Part shown: in pieces, positions 34,715 to 35,721 of the stretch
Numbering within the stretch: position 1 is the first letter of the stretch
Layout: every line of letters begins with the position of its first letter
Notes under the pieces: generated by a model
Database searches by the model: none
The model's input: only the letters and a program-made list of their open reading frames with translations
Told to the model about the DNA's origin: nothing
Translations under genes and position numbers: made by a program
From: an uncultured Methanosarcinales archaeon
GTDB lineage: Archaea; Nanobdellota; Nanobdellia; Woesearchaeales; GW2011-AR9
DNA length: 35,721 nt
Assembly: GCA_964362485.1 (NCBI GenBank)
Contig: CAYIEX010000002.1
Location: 1 to 35,721, forward strand
Reading direction: 5' to 3'

Positions 34715-35035
34715 AATTCCCTCTAAATCAGCATTGTTTTATATATATACCGAAGGCAATATCCAAAGCAACACCGAAGGCAAGTTATTTCCGCATCGCA
34801 ACCCTAGCCTTCATATCGGCAAGGTATTAGGCAATAGTACTAATTAAAGTGAATTTTGCCTCCATTTTATCAATTATAAAAAGTTCACTATAAATTCAAA
34901 TATGGAGTATCCTTAGAGTATATTGGCGTAGACACACACCAGCACAATGTCGACCACAAAAACGCATTTCCTCGTGCTTAACCTAGTGTCCCGCGTTACG
35001 ATATCTATTTAAAGAAGGTATTCCTTGAGCCTGCT

Positions 35036-35320
35036 ATGCCTGTTTTGAGATCAAAAATAAACTGTTACAAGTGTAAAAGACCTGTTGATCGATCGCAGAC
35101 TCTCTTCTTAGGTACCGTAGGAGAGGAGCGACGTTATGAATGCTTTACATGCTACAAACAAAAAGGAAAAGAGCGAGTTGAAGACCCCATGAGTGAAAAA
35201 ATTAATCTTTATTGTGAACGATGCAATTACAAATTTAAATCACGAACATCTCTTTGTCCGTACTGCAGCAAAAGTGACAAAGTTGTCTCCGGTGATGTAT
35301 CAATGCGTGACCTCATTTAG
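35036..35320 (+). CDS. Small double zinc-ribbon protein
   Basis: Four CxxC pairs: CYKC...CFTC and CERC...CPYC. TATA box CTATTTAAAGAAGG (35005..35018) is centred 25 nt upstream. Confidence 0.6.
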   Translation: MPVLRSKINCYKCKRPVDRSQTLFLGTVGEERRYECFTCYKQKGKERVEDPMSEKINLYCERCNYKFKSRTSLCPYCSKSDKVVSGDVSMRDLI

Positions 35321-35378
35321 AAATTGAAAGTATCCTAGAAACGAACATTTATCTACTTTCATTTCTATAAAAGAATCT

Positions 35379-35721
35379 ATGAACTACTCTTTTAAATTTT
35401 ATATGGGTATCATCTTTATAATACTAAGCCTCCTCATAGGTAAAATTACCACTCTCAGTTTTTTCTTTCACTTAAACGATCCATTAATTCGTAACCTTTC
35501 GATTGTAATCTATATTCTCAGTTGGCCCTTACTCATCGTTGGTGCAATTTGGGTAGGACGCGAATACGCAAATTCCATCAAAAAATATGCCAGCTACCGG
35601 TTTTACGGCCAAACGATAAAGAAAGGAACCCAGCACGCCATCCACAAAACCAAGCAAATACACAATCAAGTTCGTGAGCAGGTTAAAACAAGGATAGAGC
35701 GGGTTAAGAAGAACCGTGACC
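35379..35721 (+). CDS. Membrane protein, C-terminus beyond the right window edge
   Basis: Absent from the ORF track because it has no stop. Manual translation: MNYSFKFYMGIIFIILSLLIGKITTLSFFFHLNDPLIRNLSIVIYILSWPLLIVGAIWVGREYANSIKKYASYRFYGQTIKKGTQHAIHKTKQIHNQVREQVKTRIERVKKNRD..., stop-free to the edge. Alternative start at ATG 35403. Confidence 0.5.
   Translation, partial: MNYSFKFYMGIIFIILSLLIGKITTLSFFFHLNDPLIRNLSIVIYILSWPLLIVGAIWVGREYANSIKKYASYRFYGQTIKKGTQHAIHKTKQIHNQVREQVKTRIERVKKNRD

Overview
This 35.7-kb window most likely comes from a small-genome, DPANN-like archaeon; the taxon is an inference. It carries archaeal informational and cell-division genes: ileS, archaeal-type proS, ribosomal protein S6e, a class I CCA-adding enzyme, ftsZ and a YchF/OLA1-type GTPase. 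Most transcription units have an AT-rich TATA-like box centred about 25-30 nt upstream of the ATG, which suggests mostly leaderless mRNAs. Genes inside operons are joined by ATGA or TAATG overlaps. I found no rRNA, tRNA or CRISPR array by eye. Several N-terminal extensions in the ORF track start at TTG or GTG, and I trimmed these to the first ATG where a TATA box fits. Three CDSs missing from the track were added by manual translation: a long edge-truncated ORF at 1..1391 (-), a 45-aa ribbon-helix-helix gene at 1388..1525 (-), and an edge-truncated membrane ORF at 35379..35721 (+). The most interesting content is: (i) a five-gene, translationally coupled cluster at 23908..29528 (-) with a two-domain KaiC-like ATPase, two tandem P-loop-less KaiC/RecA-like paralogs, a single-domain KaiC-like ATPase with a Lys-rich tail, and a doubly membrane-anchored protein with beta-sandwich repeats; (ii) a complete bacterial-type RpoD-like sigma-70 gene overlapping a membrane-anchored winged-helix gene in an otherwise archaeal context; (iii) a 132-bp MITE-like element with 16-bp perfect terminal inverted repeats and 8-bp flanking direct repeats; (iv) an RHH gene coupled to a PRTase-like gene; (v) a periodic operator-like repeat array in a divergent promoter; (vi) a voltage-sensor-only membrane protein, a pseudo-receiver plus ferredoxin pair, and a membrane paralog pair coupled to a pilin-like gene. 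All family assignments come from motif recognition by eye and no database search was run. My manual indexing disagreed with the ORF track by 1 nt around 9541-9600, so manually indexed small features may be off by 1-2 nt.
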